From an uncultured Fibrobacteraceae bacterium (GTDB taxonomy: Bacteria; Krumholzibacteriota; Krumholzibacteriia; LZORAL124-64-63), in contig CAZWYF010000010.1 in NCBI GenBank assembly GCA_964637835.1, positions 18,045 to 82,044 on the forward strand: DNA of 64,000 nt. Reading direction: 5' to 3'. Shown here piece by piece: positions 56,069 to 64,000 of this stretch. How positions within the stretch are numbered: the first letter of the stretch is position 1; every line of letters starts with the position of its first letter. Both the position numbers and the translations under genes were made by a program. The notes under the pieces were generated by a model. The model had not been told where the DNA came from, made no database searches, and worked only from the letters and a program-made list of their open reading frames with translations.

Positions 56069-57751
56069 ATGGGCCTGCTCCGGAAGCTCTTCGCTGGCCG
56101 CGGCAGCGACGCCTACCACCAGGGCGTGGCCCTGCTGGAGGAGGGCCGGGCCGCCGAAGCCATCGCGATCCTGCGGCCGGTGTACGAGCAGGATCCCGGA
56201 TCGCCGCGCGGATCGCTGGCGGGGTACTACCTGCGCCAGGCCCTGGTCGCCGAGGGCAAACGCAGCCTGCGGGCAGGAGAGGCGACGGCGGCGGCGGAGG
56301 TGCTCGGCGAGGCGGCCACGCGGTGGCCGGAGTTCCCCGATCTCAGCTTCCTGGCCGGCGCGGCCCGGGGGCTGGCCGGGGCCTGGGAGGCGGCCCTCGG
56401 CGACGCGCGCCAGGCCCTGCGCCGCAACGCGGACTACTGCGAGGCCCGGCTCCTGGAATGCTGCGCCCTGCAGCAACTCGGCCGGGAGCGGGAGGCCGCC
56501 GGGAGTCTCACCAGCCTGATCGAGAGCGGTCGTCGGGTGGACCACGCCCTCGCCCGCGAACTGGCCCCGGCCGCTGGCGCGGAGGGCGCGCTGCCGGCGG
56601 CGGCGGGGCTGCGCGAGCGGCTGCGCACGGCGGCGGTGGGCGACGATGCCAAGACCCGCCTCGCGGAGGCGGTGGCGCAGTGCCGCGCTGGCCACTGGGA
56701 GGCGGGGCTGGCGGAGCTGGAACGGCTCGCCGCGGCCTATCCCCGCTACCCTGACATCCGGGCCCGGCAGGCGGCCGCTCTCTACCAGGCGGGGCGGACC
56801 GAGGCGGCTCTCGCCGCGGCGGACGCGGCCCTGGGACTGAATCCCCGCTACCGGACCGCGGTGGCGATGCGCGGCCTGATCCTCGCGGAACTGGGCGAGA
56901 TCGCGGCCGCCGACCGGTACCTCGCGGACGCCGTGCCGCGCCTCGAGGGCACGGTGGGTCGCCACGAGGAACTCTTCCTGGCCTATCTGCGGGCGACCCT
57001 GGCGCTGCTGTCGAATCGACCCGCGGCGTGCCGGAGGCTGCTGGACGGCTGGAACGACCTGCCGCGCCAGTTCGCTCGCGCGGAGCTGCTGCTGGTGGCC
57101 GCCGAGCACCTCGAGGGCCACGTCGAGGCCGCGTCCCGGCGCCTCGACGGCCTGTGCGAGGTCTGGACCGGCGATGCCGAGCTGCATCACCTGCGCGCCG
57201 CGCTCCTGCTCGAGCTCGGGCGCTGGCCGGCGGTGGAGGACGCCCTCACCCGCTGGCCCGATGGCGGGGGCGCCGACCAGCGGCCGTTGCTGATGCGGGC
57301 CCGACTGGCGGTGGCCCGGCGGCAGCGCTTGCCGGCGCTGCCGGAGGTCCCGGAGGAGCCGTCGGACGCGTCGGCGGCGCCCGGGACGCTGCAACCGGCG
57401 GCCTGGCGCCAGCTGGCTGCCTGGGACGCCCTGCTGGCCGGGGACGCCGACGCGGCCAGCCAGATCCTGGAGGTCCTGCTGGCGGAGCGCTGGGCGGACG
57501 AGGAGACCGGTCTGCTGGTGATCCGCGCCTGTCGAGATGCCGCCCGACGGCCGCCGGCGGACCTGGCTGGCCGCATCGGCGCGCCGGACAGCTGGGGGCC
57601 GGACCTCTGCGCCCAGCTCCGCCGGCAGGGCGCCGGCCCGGCCGCGGAGGAACTCGCGCGCCGTCGTGGGGGTTTGCGACCGGACCGGGTGGTGTGGTCC
57701 TGGCTCTCGGGGGCCTTCTGGCTCGAGCCGGTCCGCCGCTGGATCGCCTGA
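56069..57751 (+). CDS. TPR-repeat protein
   Basis: ATG 56069 is 1 nt after the ftsZ stop. Ala/Leu/Arg-rich helical repeats with TPR-like periodicity (e.g. AIAILRPVYEQDPGS, AAADAALGLNPRY). Confidence 0.7.
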   Translation: MGLLRKLFAGRGSDAYHQGVALLEEGRAAEAIAILRPVYEQDPGSPRGSLAGYYLRQALVAEGKRSLRAGEATAAAEVLGEAATRWPEFPDLSFLAGAARGLAGAWEAALGDARQALRRNADYCEARLLECCALQQLGREREAAGSLTSLIESGRRVDHALARELAPAAGAEGALPAAAGLRERLRTAAVGDDAKTRLAEAVAQCRAGHWEAGLAELERLAAAYPRYPDIRARQAAALYQAGRTEAALAAADAALGLNPRYRTAVAMRGLILAELGEIAAADRYLADAVPRLEGTVGRHEELFLAYLRATLALLSNRPAACRRLLDGWNDLPRQFARAELLLVAAEHLEGHVEAASRRLDGLCEVWTGDAELHHLRAALLLELGRWPAVEDALTRWPDGGGADQRPLLMRARLAVARRQRLPALPEVPEEPSDASAAPGTLQPAAWRQLAAWDALLAGDADAASQILEVLLAERWADEETGLLVIRACRDAARRPPADLAGRIGAPDSWGPDLCAQLRRQGAGPAAEELARRRGGLRPDRVVWSWLSGAFWLEPVRRWIA

Positions 57752-57777
57752 GCGACCGCCGGTTCCATCGCGGTCGC
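57752..57777 (+). terminator. Possible terminator hairpin after the TPR gene
   Basis: gcgaccgc (57752-57759) / gcggtcgc (57770-57777) with a 10-nt loop, immediately after the stop. Only a weak T-rich tract follows (ccttatctt). Confidence 0.3.
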
Positions 57778-57855
57778 CCGGGCCTTATCTTGTCGGGAGC
57801 CGTCCCGACCCGGTCGACCGATCCCTCCAGCCGCCTCGTGAGGAGTCCGCTGATC

Positions 57856-59334
57856 GTGACCGCGAACCCCCATCGGATGCCCCGGATCGTCCTCCTCGGC
57901 GCCCTGCTGCTGGTGACCGTGTCGGCCGGCGCGGGTCGGGCGCAGCCCGCCGCGCCGTCCGGAGGCCAGCCGGGAGCGGCCGACGACCCCTGCGCCGCCG
58001 GCCGACAGCTCTTCGTCGAGAACAACTACCTCGCCGCCGAGCCGTTGTTGCGCCAGTGCCTCGAGCAGGGCGACAACCTGCTGTCCCTGCTGCCGCTGAC
58101 CATGATGACGGTGGTCCAGGGCCGGGTGCAGGAGGGCCGGGACTTCGGCCGGCGCGCCCTCGCCCTCGCTCCCGATAATCCCAACGTGCGTTACTGGTAC
58201 GGTCGTGCCCTGCTGGAGGCCGGGGAGGTGTCGGCCGCCCGGGAGCAGTGGGACCACGCCCTGTCCCTGGATTCCAGCCACGTGGGCGTTCTCGAGGCGC
58301 TCGCACGCCTGAGCCTCCAGGCCGGCGAACACGCCAAGGCCTACAACCTGCTCAACCAGCTGCAGCTCCAGGGCGTGGACGAGGCCTGGCTGCATCGCAT
58401 GCTCTCCGGTCTGGCGCGGCGCAAGGGACTGTGGGACCAGGCGGCCGACCACTGGCGCGACGTGGTCGAGCGCGAGGGCGAGTCCGAGGAGAACCTGGTT
58501 GTCCTCGGCGAGCTGACCATCCTGGCGGGAAGGCCCCAGGAGGCCGTGGAGCTCTTCAGGCACGCCGTGCAGGTGATGCCCTCGGCGGTCACCTGGGGCG
58601 GACTGGGCGAGGCCTGGTTCGCCCTCGATCAGGTGGACTCCGCGGCGGTGGCCCTGAAGCGGGCCGTGTCCCTGGACCCGGACCACGCGCGCAACCGCTT
58701 CAACCTGGCCAACGCCCTCGAGCTGACCGGCGACGCCGAGGGGGCGGGCGATGAGTTCCGCGCCTACCTCGCGCGGCGTCCCGACGATCCCGTCGCCCAC
58801 TTCAACTACGGCGTCCACCTCGAGCACCAGGGGCGGGTGGAGGAGGCGGTGGCCGAGATCGAGGAGGCCGTGCGGCTGGATCCGGAGTACGTCCAGGCCC
58901 ACGTGGTCCTCGCGCAGCTCTACGAGAACCTCGGCCGCGTGGAGGAGGCCTTGCCGCTGCTCGACCAGCTCGAACGCCTCGATCCTGCCGCGCACGCGGA
59001 GCTGGATCACTGGCGGCGGCAGCTGCGTGCGGTGAGCGAGGACGCGGCCAGCCAGCTGGCGGCCGGCAAGGTCCACCTGCTGCACATCGTGACCAGCGAT
59101 CCCGACGCCACCGGACCGCTACGCGAGGCGCTGGCCGGTGGCGAGGACTTCGCCGGCCTCGCCGCCCGCTTCTCCGAGGGCCCCACGGCAGTCCGCGGCG
59201 GCGACATCGGCTGGGTGGATCCCGGGGACATGCGCGAGCCGCTGCGCTCGGCCATCGGCGAGCTCGACCCGGGAGAGACCACGCCGCTGATCACCGCCGG
59301 GGACCGCACGCACGTCTTCAAGCGGGTCCGTTGA
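57856..59334 (+). CDS. Secreted TPR protein with C-terminal PpiC/parvulin-type PPIase domain
   Basis: GTG 57856 is 10 nt after AGGAG (alternative ATG 57877). Signal peptide MPRIVLLGALLLVTVSAGAGRAQP, multiple TPRs, then a rotamase domain VHLLHIVTSD...FAGLAARFSEGPTAVRGGDIGWV...THVFKRV. Confidence 0.8.
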   Translation: MTANPHRMPRIVLLGALLLVTVSAGAGRAQPAAPSGGQPGAADDPCAAGRQLFVENNYLAAEPLLRQCLEQGDNLLSLLPLTMMTVVQGRVQEGRDFGRRALALAPDNPNVRYWYGRALLEAGEVSAAREQWDHALSLDSSHVGVLEALARLSLQAGEHAKAYNLLNQLQLQGVDEAWLHRMLSGLARRKGLWDQAADHWRDVVEREGESEENLVVLGELTILAGRPQEAVELFRHAVQVMPSAVTWGGLGEAWFALDQVDSAAVALKRAVSLDPDHARNRFNLANALELTGDAEGAGDEFRAYLARRPDDPVAHFNYGVHLEHQGRVEEAVAEIEEAVRLDPEYVQAHVVLAQLYENLGRVEEALPLLDQLERLDPAAHAELDHWRRQLRAVSEDAASQLAAGKVHLLHIVTSDPDATGPLREALAGGEDFAGLAARFSEGPTAVRGGDIGWVDPGDMREPLRSAIGELDPGETTPLITAGDRTHVFKRVR

Positions 59335-59354
59335 CCCCCAGCCGGAGCGGAGGC

Positions 59355-61439
59355 ATGGCCACCCGCGCGCTCACTGCCGACAGTCCGGTCCAGTTCCTGA
59401 AGACCGTGGGCCCGGTGCGGGCCACGGCCCTGCGTCGCCTCGGGGTCGAGACGGCGGGCGACCTGGTCCACCACCTGCCCCGGACCCATCTGGACCGCTC
59501 GCGGGTCCAGCCCATCGCCCGCCTGCAGACCGGCGTGGAGGCCACCGTCCTCGGCGAGGTGCTCACCGCCGGCGAGCGCCGCACCCGGCGGGGCGGCAGC
59601 CTGCAGACCGTCACCGTCGACGACGGCAGCGGCGTCCTCTTCTGCGTGTGGTTCAACCAGCGCCACGTGCTCAAGCAGCTGCGCGGCGGCACCCGCGTCA
59701 TGCTCAGCGGCCTGGTCCAGCGGCACGGCCAGCGTCCGCAGCTGGTGCACCCGGACTTCGAGACCCTCGACGACCGGGAGGAGACCCTCCACACCGGACG
59801 CCTGGTCCCCGTCTACCCGCTCACCGCCGGCATCGGCCAGCACTGGCTGCGACGGCTGATCCACTCGGTACTGACCGAGCTGGCCCCCGGCCTGGACGAC
59901 CCCTTGCCCCCGGCGCTCCGCCAGGCGCGCGATCTGCTGCCGCTGGCCGACGCGCTGCGCGGACTGCATTATCCCGCCGACGGCGACGAGCTGATCCGCG
60001 CGAGGCGACGCCTGGTCTACCAGGAGCTGCTGGAGGTGCAGCTGGTGATGGCGCTGCGGCGGCGGCACCGCGAGCAGCGTCCGGGCGTGGCGCTGGCGCG
60101 GCCGGGGGACCTGACCCGGCGCCTGGTGGCCGGACTGCCCTTCGAGCTGACCGCGGCCCAGCGCCGCGTCCTGGCCGAGATCCTGGCCGACCTGCGCACC
60201 GGCAAGCTCATGCATCGCCTGCTGCAGGGAGACGTGGGCTCGGGCAAGACCCTGGTGGCCCTCATCGCGGCGCTCTTCGTCATCGAGCAGGGCTATCAGT
60301 CCCTGCTCCTGGCGCCCACCGAGGTGCTCGCCCGACAGCACGGCGCCACGCTGCGGCGGCTGGCCGAGCCGCTGGGCGTGGTGGTCGAGACGCTCACCGG
60401 CGCCACCGGCGCGCGCGAGCGACGGCGCATCCTCGCCGCCGCGGGAGCGGGAGAGGTGCAGCTGCTGACCGGCACCCATGCCGTGCTGGAGGACGCGGTC
60501 CGCCTGCCGCGGCTGGCCCTGGCGGTGGTGGACGAGCAGCACCGCTTCGGCGTCCGCCAGCGCGGACGCAGTGCTCGCGACGAGGATCAGCTTCCGGTCC
60601 ACCTGCTGGTCATGAGCGCCACGCCCATCCCGCGCAGCCTGGCGCTCACGCTCTATGGCGACCTGGAACTCTCCCTGCTGGACCAGTTGCCGGCCGGGCG
60701 GCAGCCCGTCACCACGCACGTGGAGTCCGCCGGCCGCGAGGAGGCGGTCTACGCCGAGTGCCGCCGCCTCATCGCCGCGGGCCAGCGGGGATTCGTGATC
60801 TACCCGGTGGTGGAGGAATCCGAGAGGACCGACATCAAGGCCGCCACCGCCGAGGCCACGACCCTGGCGGAGGGGCCGTTCCGCGACGCCCGGGTGGGGC
60901 TGGTCCACGGCCGGCTGAAGCCGGCCCAGAAGCAGGCGGCCATGGCCGCCTTCGCCAGCGGCGAGCTGGACGTCCTGGTGGCGACCACGGTGGTGGAGGT
61001 GGGCATCGACGTGCCAGAGGCGACCTGGATGGTGATCCATGCGCCGGAGCGGTTCGGGCTGGCGCAGCTCCACCAGCTGCGGGGACGCATCGGTCGCGGC
61101 GGCGGGGCCTCCCGGTGCTGGCTGCTGGCCCCGGACCAGCTGGCCGCCGAGACCCTGGAACGCCTGCGCTTCTTCGCCGCGACCAGCGACGGGTTCCGGC
61201 TCGCGGAGGAGGACCTGCGCCAGCGTGGGCCGGGCGACCTCTGGGGCCTGCGACAGCATGGCGCCCCCGGATTCCGCCTGGCCAACCCCCTGCGCGACGC
61301 GGCGCTGGCCAGCGCCGTGGCGGAGGACGTGCGTGCGTTGCTCGCGGCCGACCCCCGGCTCCGGGATCCCGCGCACGGGCCGTTGCGGCGGACGCTGGCG
61401 GCCGCCTACGGCGACGTGATCCCGCTGGCCGCCGGCTGA
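59355..61439 (+). CDS. recG: ATP-dependent DNA helicase RecG
   Basis: Wedge/OB N-domain, then helicase motifs LLQGDVGSGKTLVA, VVDEQHRFGV, MSATPIPRSL and QLHQLRGRIGRG. ATG 59355 preferred over TTG 59331. Confidence 0.9.
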   Translation: MATRALTADSPVQFLKTVGPVRATALRRLGVETAGDLVHHLPRTHLDRSRVQPIARLQTGVEATVLGEVLTAGERRTRRGGSLQTVTVDDGSGVLFCVWFNQRHVLKQLRGGTRVMLSGLVQRHGQRPQLVHPDFETLDDREETLHTGRLVPVYPLTAGIGQHWLRRLIHSVLTELAPGLDDPLPPALRQARDLLPLADALRGLHYPADGDELIRARRRLVYQELLEVQLVMALRRRHREQRPGVALARPGDLTRRLVAGLPFELTAAQRRVLAEILADLRTGKLMHRLLQGDVGSGKTLVALIAALFVIEQGYQSLLLAPTEVLARQHGATLRRLAEPLGVVVETLTGATGARERRRILAAAGAGEVQLLTGTHAVLEDAVRLPRLALAVVDEQHRFGVRQRGRSARDEDQLPVHLLVMSATPIPRSLALTLYGDLELSLLDQLPAGRQPVTTHVESAGREEAVYAECRRLIAAGQRGFVIYPVVEESERTDIKAATAEATTLAEGPFRDARVGLVHGRLKPAQKQAAMAAFASGELDVLVATTVVEVGIDVPEATWMVIHAPERFGLAQLHQLRGRIGRGGGASRCWLLAPDQLAAETLERLRFFAATSDGFRLAEEDLRQRGPGDLWGLRQHGAPGFRLANPLRDAALASAVAEDVRALLAADPRLRDPAHGPLRRTLAAAYGDVIPLAAG

Positions 61440-61573
61440 GCCGGCCGTGCGGGTGGCCCGTGGGGGCGAGGGGCGGCCCGGGGACCGCGGCGTGACGCTA
61501 AAGCCGGGGCGTCAGGCGTCGATCTAGGGCGGGAGAGACCGCCCCTGCCAACGGACCGAGGAGGAATCCGGCC

Positions 61574-62173
61574 ATGATCACCACCTGCGAGGCCTGCCGG
61601 ACGAGTTACCGTCTGGACGCGAGCAAGGTGCCGCCGCGCAAGATCCGCGTCCGCTGCCCCGACTGCGGGGCCGTGTTCGAGCTGGACGGGGCCCACCGCG
61701 AGGCTGCGACCCGCGAGGCGCCGGTCGCCGCGGCCGCGCCACCGCCGGCTCCCCGGCCCACACCCACCAGCGGGACGGACGACCTCGTGCTCGAGCCCGC
61801 CTCCGCCGCGGCCGCCGTGGAACGCCCCGCGGCCGACCACGCGTCCCCCACCGCGGCCCCCGCCGCGGCCGCCCGGCAGGAGCGCCCGGCCGCGGGCGTG
61901 GCCACCGCCGAGCCGCCGCGCGGCGCCCGGCGCCGTCGTCGCGACAAGAACGAGATGCTCGCGCGGGCGCTGGTCTCCGACATCCTGGTCTACAACCGCG
62001 AGGCCCGTGATCAGGCCCTCGCCGAGGGCAACCTGCTGGAGGTCCTGGGCGCCGAGATCAAGAAGTCCTGGGAGCTCTACAAGGAGAAGGTGGGGGCGGA
62101 GAGCGCCACCTCCACCACGTACTTCAAGGACGCGCTCAACGAGATCCTGGCCGAGGGACAGCACGTCTTCTAG
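61574..62173 (+). CDS. MJ0042-type zinc-ribbon protein with conserved helical C-terminal domain
   Basis: GAGGAGGA SD. N-terminal CEACRTSYRL....VRCPDCGAVFEL (CxxC...CxxC). Pro/Ala-rich linker and a basic patch RRRRRDKNE. Helical tail ARALVSDILVYNREARDQALAEGN... Confidence 0.8.
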   Translation: MITTCEACRTSYRLDASKVPPRKIRVRCPDCGAVFELDGAHREAATREAPVAAAAPPPAPRPTPTSGTDDLVLEPASAAAAVERPAADHASPTAAPAAAARQERPAAGVATAEPPRGARRRRRDKNEMLARALVSDILVYNREARDQALAEGNLLEVLGAEIKKSWELYKEKVGAESATSTTYFKDALNEILAEGQHVF

Positions 62174-62204
62174 ACCACCGACCTCGGTCCTGGACGGGCA
62201 TGAC

Positions 62205-62239
62205 GAGGCGCCCGCCGCATCCTCCGCGGCGGGCGCCTC
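62205..62239. terminator. Bidirectional hairpin between convergent genes
   Basis: gaggcgcccgccgc (62205-62218) is the exact complement of gcggcgggcgcctc (62226-62239), with a 7-nt loop. No U-tract on either side. Confidence 0.5.
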
Positions 62240-62277
62240 CTCACGTCGTCCGGGGGCCAGGAGTCCCGGCCCGCGCT

Positions 62278-62727
62278 TCAGGCCCCCGGCCAGCGGTCGC
62301 GGGAGATCTCGCCGAGGATGTCGTCGATGTGCTGCTTGACGCGCTGGTTCTGGTCCGGCTCGAAGAGCGCCTTCCGCACCCGGCCGTCGGGGTCCTTCTT
62401 CACGTAGCGCAGGGCCTGCAGGTCGGCCATGGCCACCAGGATGTCCTTGCTGACGCGCACCTCCACCGGCTGGCCGTCCTGGTCGGTCGCCGGATTGTGG
62501 AAGGGGTGCATGCCGTTGCCCCAGCCGTGGACCACCATGGAGCAGAGCAGGGCGCGGAACGTGTTCTGTCCCTGCACGGTCTCCAGGTCGAAATTGCCGC
62601 CCACGCGTTCCATGACGCTGTCGATGACCGCGCTCAGGCGCTGCTCGAGGTCCGGTTCCACCTCCAGCTGCAGCAGGCGCGCGAACATGGTGCGGAGGAT
62701 CTGATCGGTGTTGGTCTTGGTCGCCAT
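62278..62727 (-). CDS. Hypothetical acidic 149-aa protein (family not recognised)
   Basis: ATG at 62727 with GGGAGAGGA upstream. Non-repetitive, balanced composition (MATKTNTDQILRTMFARLLQLEVEPDLEQRL...) unlike the Arg/Pro/Gly-rich spurious frames. The upstream 65 codons of the ORF look non-coding. Confidence 0.65.
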   Translation of the reverse strand: MATKTNTDQILRTMFARLLQLEVEPDLEQRLSAVIDSVMERVGGNFDLETVQGQNTFRALLCSMVVHGWGNGMHPFHNPATDQDGQPVEVRVSKDILVAMADLQALRYVKKDPDGRVRKALFEPDQNQRVKQHIDDILGEISRDRWPGA

Positions 62728-62960
62728 GGTCCTCTCCCGTGGTGGAGGCGGGCAGGTTGCGCCGCTCTGCGGTCCAGGTGCTCCGGGTTTTCCGCATGGT
62801 GCCGTGCAAATTGCGGGCCTCCTGGCGAGGTCGTCCCGGGAGGGCCGATAAGTGCCTGCTGGACGGGCGGTTGCCCGGGCCGTAAATGGCATGCCGGTTG
62901 CAAGGCGGTGGTGGACGACCACGTTCTCCTGGAGCCTGGAGGCCGACCTTGCCGACGACC

Positions 62961-63767
62961 ATGGCCACGGCCACGCGGACCTGCCGCATCCTCTACTATG
63001 GCCCGCCCGGATGCGGGAAGCGCGAGAACCTGGCGCAGATCCAGGCGTCGTTGCCGGCAGAGCACCGCCTGGCCGTGGCGACCAGCGATCCGTCGCGCCA
63101 GATCGCCTTCATGCTCCGCAACGGCAACCAGGGGGACTGGCAGGTCTTCGTCCAGGCCGTGGATGCTGGCGAGGAAGACCGCCTCGCTGCCGGCCGGGAG
63201 GTCCCCTTCGACGGCATCGTCTTCGTCTGCGGCTCCACCGGGAATGGCCTGGATGGCGCCCTGAGCGCCATGGAGGGCCTGAAGACCTTCCTCGACACCT
63301 GGCGGCTGGACCTGATGTCCATGCCCATGGTGCTGCAGTACAACGGCCGCGACGCGGCGGACATCCTGCCCGTCGACCGCCTGGAGAGCCTGCTCAATCC
63401 ATGGGGGCTGCTGTCGTTTCCCGCCGTCTCGGGCAACGGCGAGGGCGTGCGCGAGACGCTCAAGGCGGTGCTGAGCCTGACGCTCAGCCAGATCCTGCAG
63501 CGCGCGAGCGAGGCGTCGGACGCGCCGCAGGACGCGTTCACCGTGGATCCCAACCCGCCCGTGCCGGGCACGCCCCACACGCCCGGCTGGGAGGCGGCCC
63601 GGAATCCCGGCGGGGGCGACGCGTCGGCCGGGCCCGCGAAGGGGTCGGGCCCGGCGGCCGGCGACGACCATGCGGCGCTGATCATCCCGGTCCGGGTGCC
63701 GCGCAGCGCCCTCGGGCGCGATGGTACCGGACGGATCATCCTCGAGGTCCGCGTGGTCGAGGACTGA
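62961..63767 (+). CDS. MglA-family small GTPase paralog with non-canonical G1/G3/G4 motifs and a C-terminal extension
   Basis: CRILYYGPPGCGKRENLAQI vs the MglA KIVYYGPGLCGKTTNLQYI pattern. VLQYNGRDAADILPVDRLESLL vs QYNKRD. FPAVSGNGEGVRETLKAV vs the MglA C-terminal helix. Extra ~90 aa Pro/Gly-rich tail ending in a beta-like IIPVRVPRSALGRDGTGRIILEVRVVED. Confidence 0.8.
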   Translation: MATATRTCRILYYGPPGCGKRENLAQIQASLPAEHRLAVATSDPSRQIAFMLRNGNQGDWQVFVQAVDAGEEDRLAAGREVPFDGIVFVCGSTGNGLDGALSAMEGLKTFLDTWRLDLMSMPMVLQYNGRDAADILPVDRLESLLNPWGLLSFPAVSGNGEGVRETLKAVLSLTLSQILQRASEASDAPQDAFTVDPNPPVPGTPHTPGWEAARNPGGGDASAGPAKGSGPAAGDDHAALIIPVRVPRSALGRDGTGRIILEVRVVED

Positions 63768-63780
63768 CCAGCGGCGAGCG

Positions 63781-63809
63781 TTGACCCCCGGGGCCGCAGG
63801 GGGTACATT
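63781..63809 (+). promoter_or_regulatory. Candidate promoter TTGACC-17 nt-TACATT, possibly giving a leaderless mRNA
   Basis: The -10 ends 6 nt before ATG 63816, and there is no SD in between. Confidence 0.3.
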
Positions 63810-63815
63810 GCGGCC

Positions 63816-64000
63816 ATGCCGAGCCACCCGCACGACCACCATCCGGACGCCGGACCCTCCGCTGCCGAGGTCTTCGCCCGCGGCCGCCGCGCCGAGGACG
63901 CCGGGGATCTCGAGACCGCGCACGACCTCTACCGGGACGCCATCGCGCGGCGTCCCGACGATCCCGACTGGCTATACCGGATGGGTTGCGTCTGCCTCAA
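63816..64000 (+). CDS. TPR-like protein, N-terminal fragment (runs off the window)
   Basis: My own translation: MPSHPHDHHPDAGPSAAEVFARGRRAEDAGDLETAHDLYRDAIARRPDDPDWLYRMGCVCL. It is open to the window end, has a TPR-like motif and a strong GC3 bias. Confidence 0.55.
   Translation, partial: MPSHPHDHHPDAGPSAAEVFARGRRAEDAGDLETAHDLYRDAIARRPDDPDWLYRMGCVCL

Noticed and set aside
62728-62960. Divergent control region between the unknown acidic gene and the MglA-like gene, examined for promoters or operator palindromes
   Set aside because: Only weak hexamer matches (e.g. TTGCAA-17-ACGTTC) and no true palindrome, since gcaaattgc is not self-complementary. This is not enough to call a site.

Overview
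Very GC-rich bacterial chromosomal segment, almost entirely coding. I call 49 CDS, 46 on the + strand, and many are joined by ATGA/GTGA stop-start overlaps. In order:
- 3' end of a PPIase-TPR gene, a DUF2914-like secreted protein, a bifunctional-nuclease-family protein and an LpoA-like lipoprotein.
- On the minus strand, a two-domain Amidase_3 lipoprotein plus a TonB-C-like protein.
- selA coupled to a degenerate-ParA/TM/SPOR protein, then smc and ftsY.
- A 79-nt perfect palindrome.
- An FMN riboswitch with terminator in front of ribD-ribE-ribBA-ribH, then nusB.
- A roughly 21-kb envelope-glycosylation locus: methyltransferase, GT4, flippase-like protein, DUF2723/TMEM260-like GT-C, epimerase, GtrB/ArnC-like GT2, GT2, YfhO-like protein, polyprenol-P-mannose synthase, GT2 fused to a degenerate phosphoglycosyltransferase, secreted beta-propeller with FlgD-Ig/T9SS-like tail, CapD-type dehydratase, FemAB-like protein, Wzx-like flippase.
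- A dcw cluster, mraZ-STAS-rsmH-ftsL-ftsI-murE-murF-murD-ftsW-murC-ftsQ-ftsA-ftsZ, with no mraY, murG, murB or ddl.
- TPR and TPR-PPIase genes, then recG.
- A small module: MJ0042 zinc-ribbon protein, a divergent unknown acidic protein, an MglA-family GTPase paralog with non-canonical G motifs, and a TPR gene running off the window.
I saw no rRNA, tRNA, CRISPR array, transposase or integrase. The only mobile-element-like signal is the palindrome flanked by 7-nt direct repeats. The best candidates for something undescribed are the STAS gene inside the dcw cluster, the pseudo-ParA/SPOR protein coupled to selA, the GT2/dead-phosphoglycosyltransferase fusion and the MglA-like pseudo-GTPase module. 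All family assignments come from motif recognition by eye on the supplied translations. No searches were run, and start codons are my best choice from SD spacing and overlaps.
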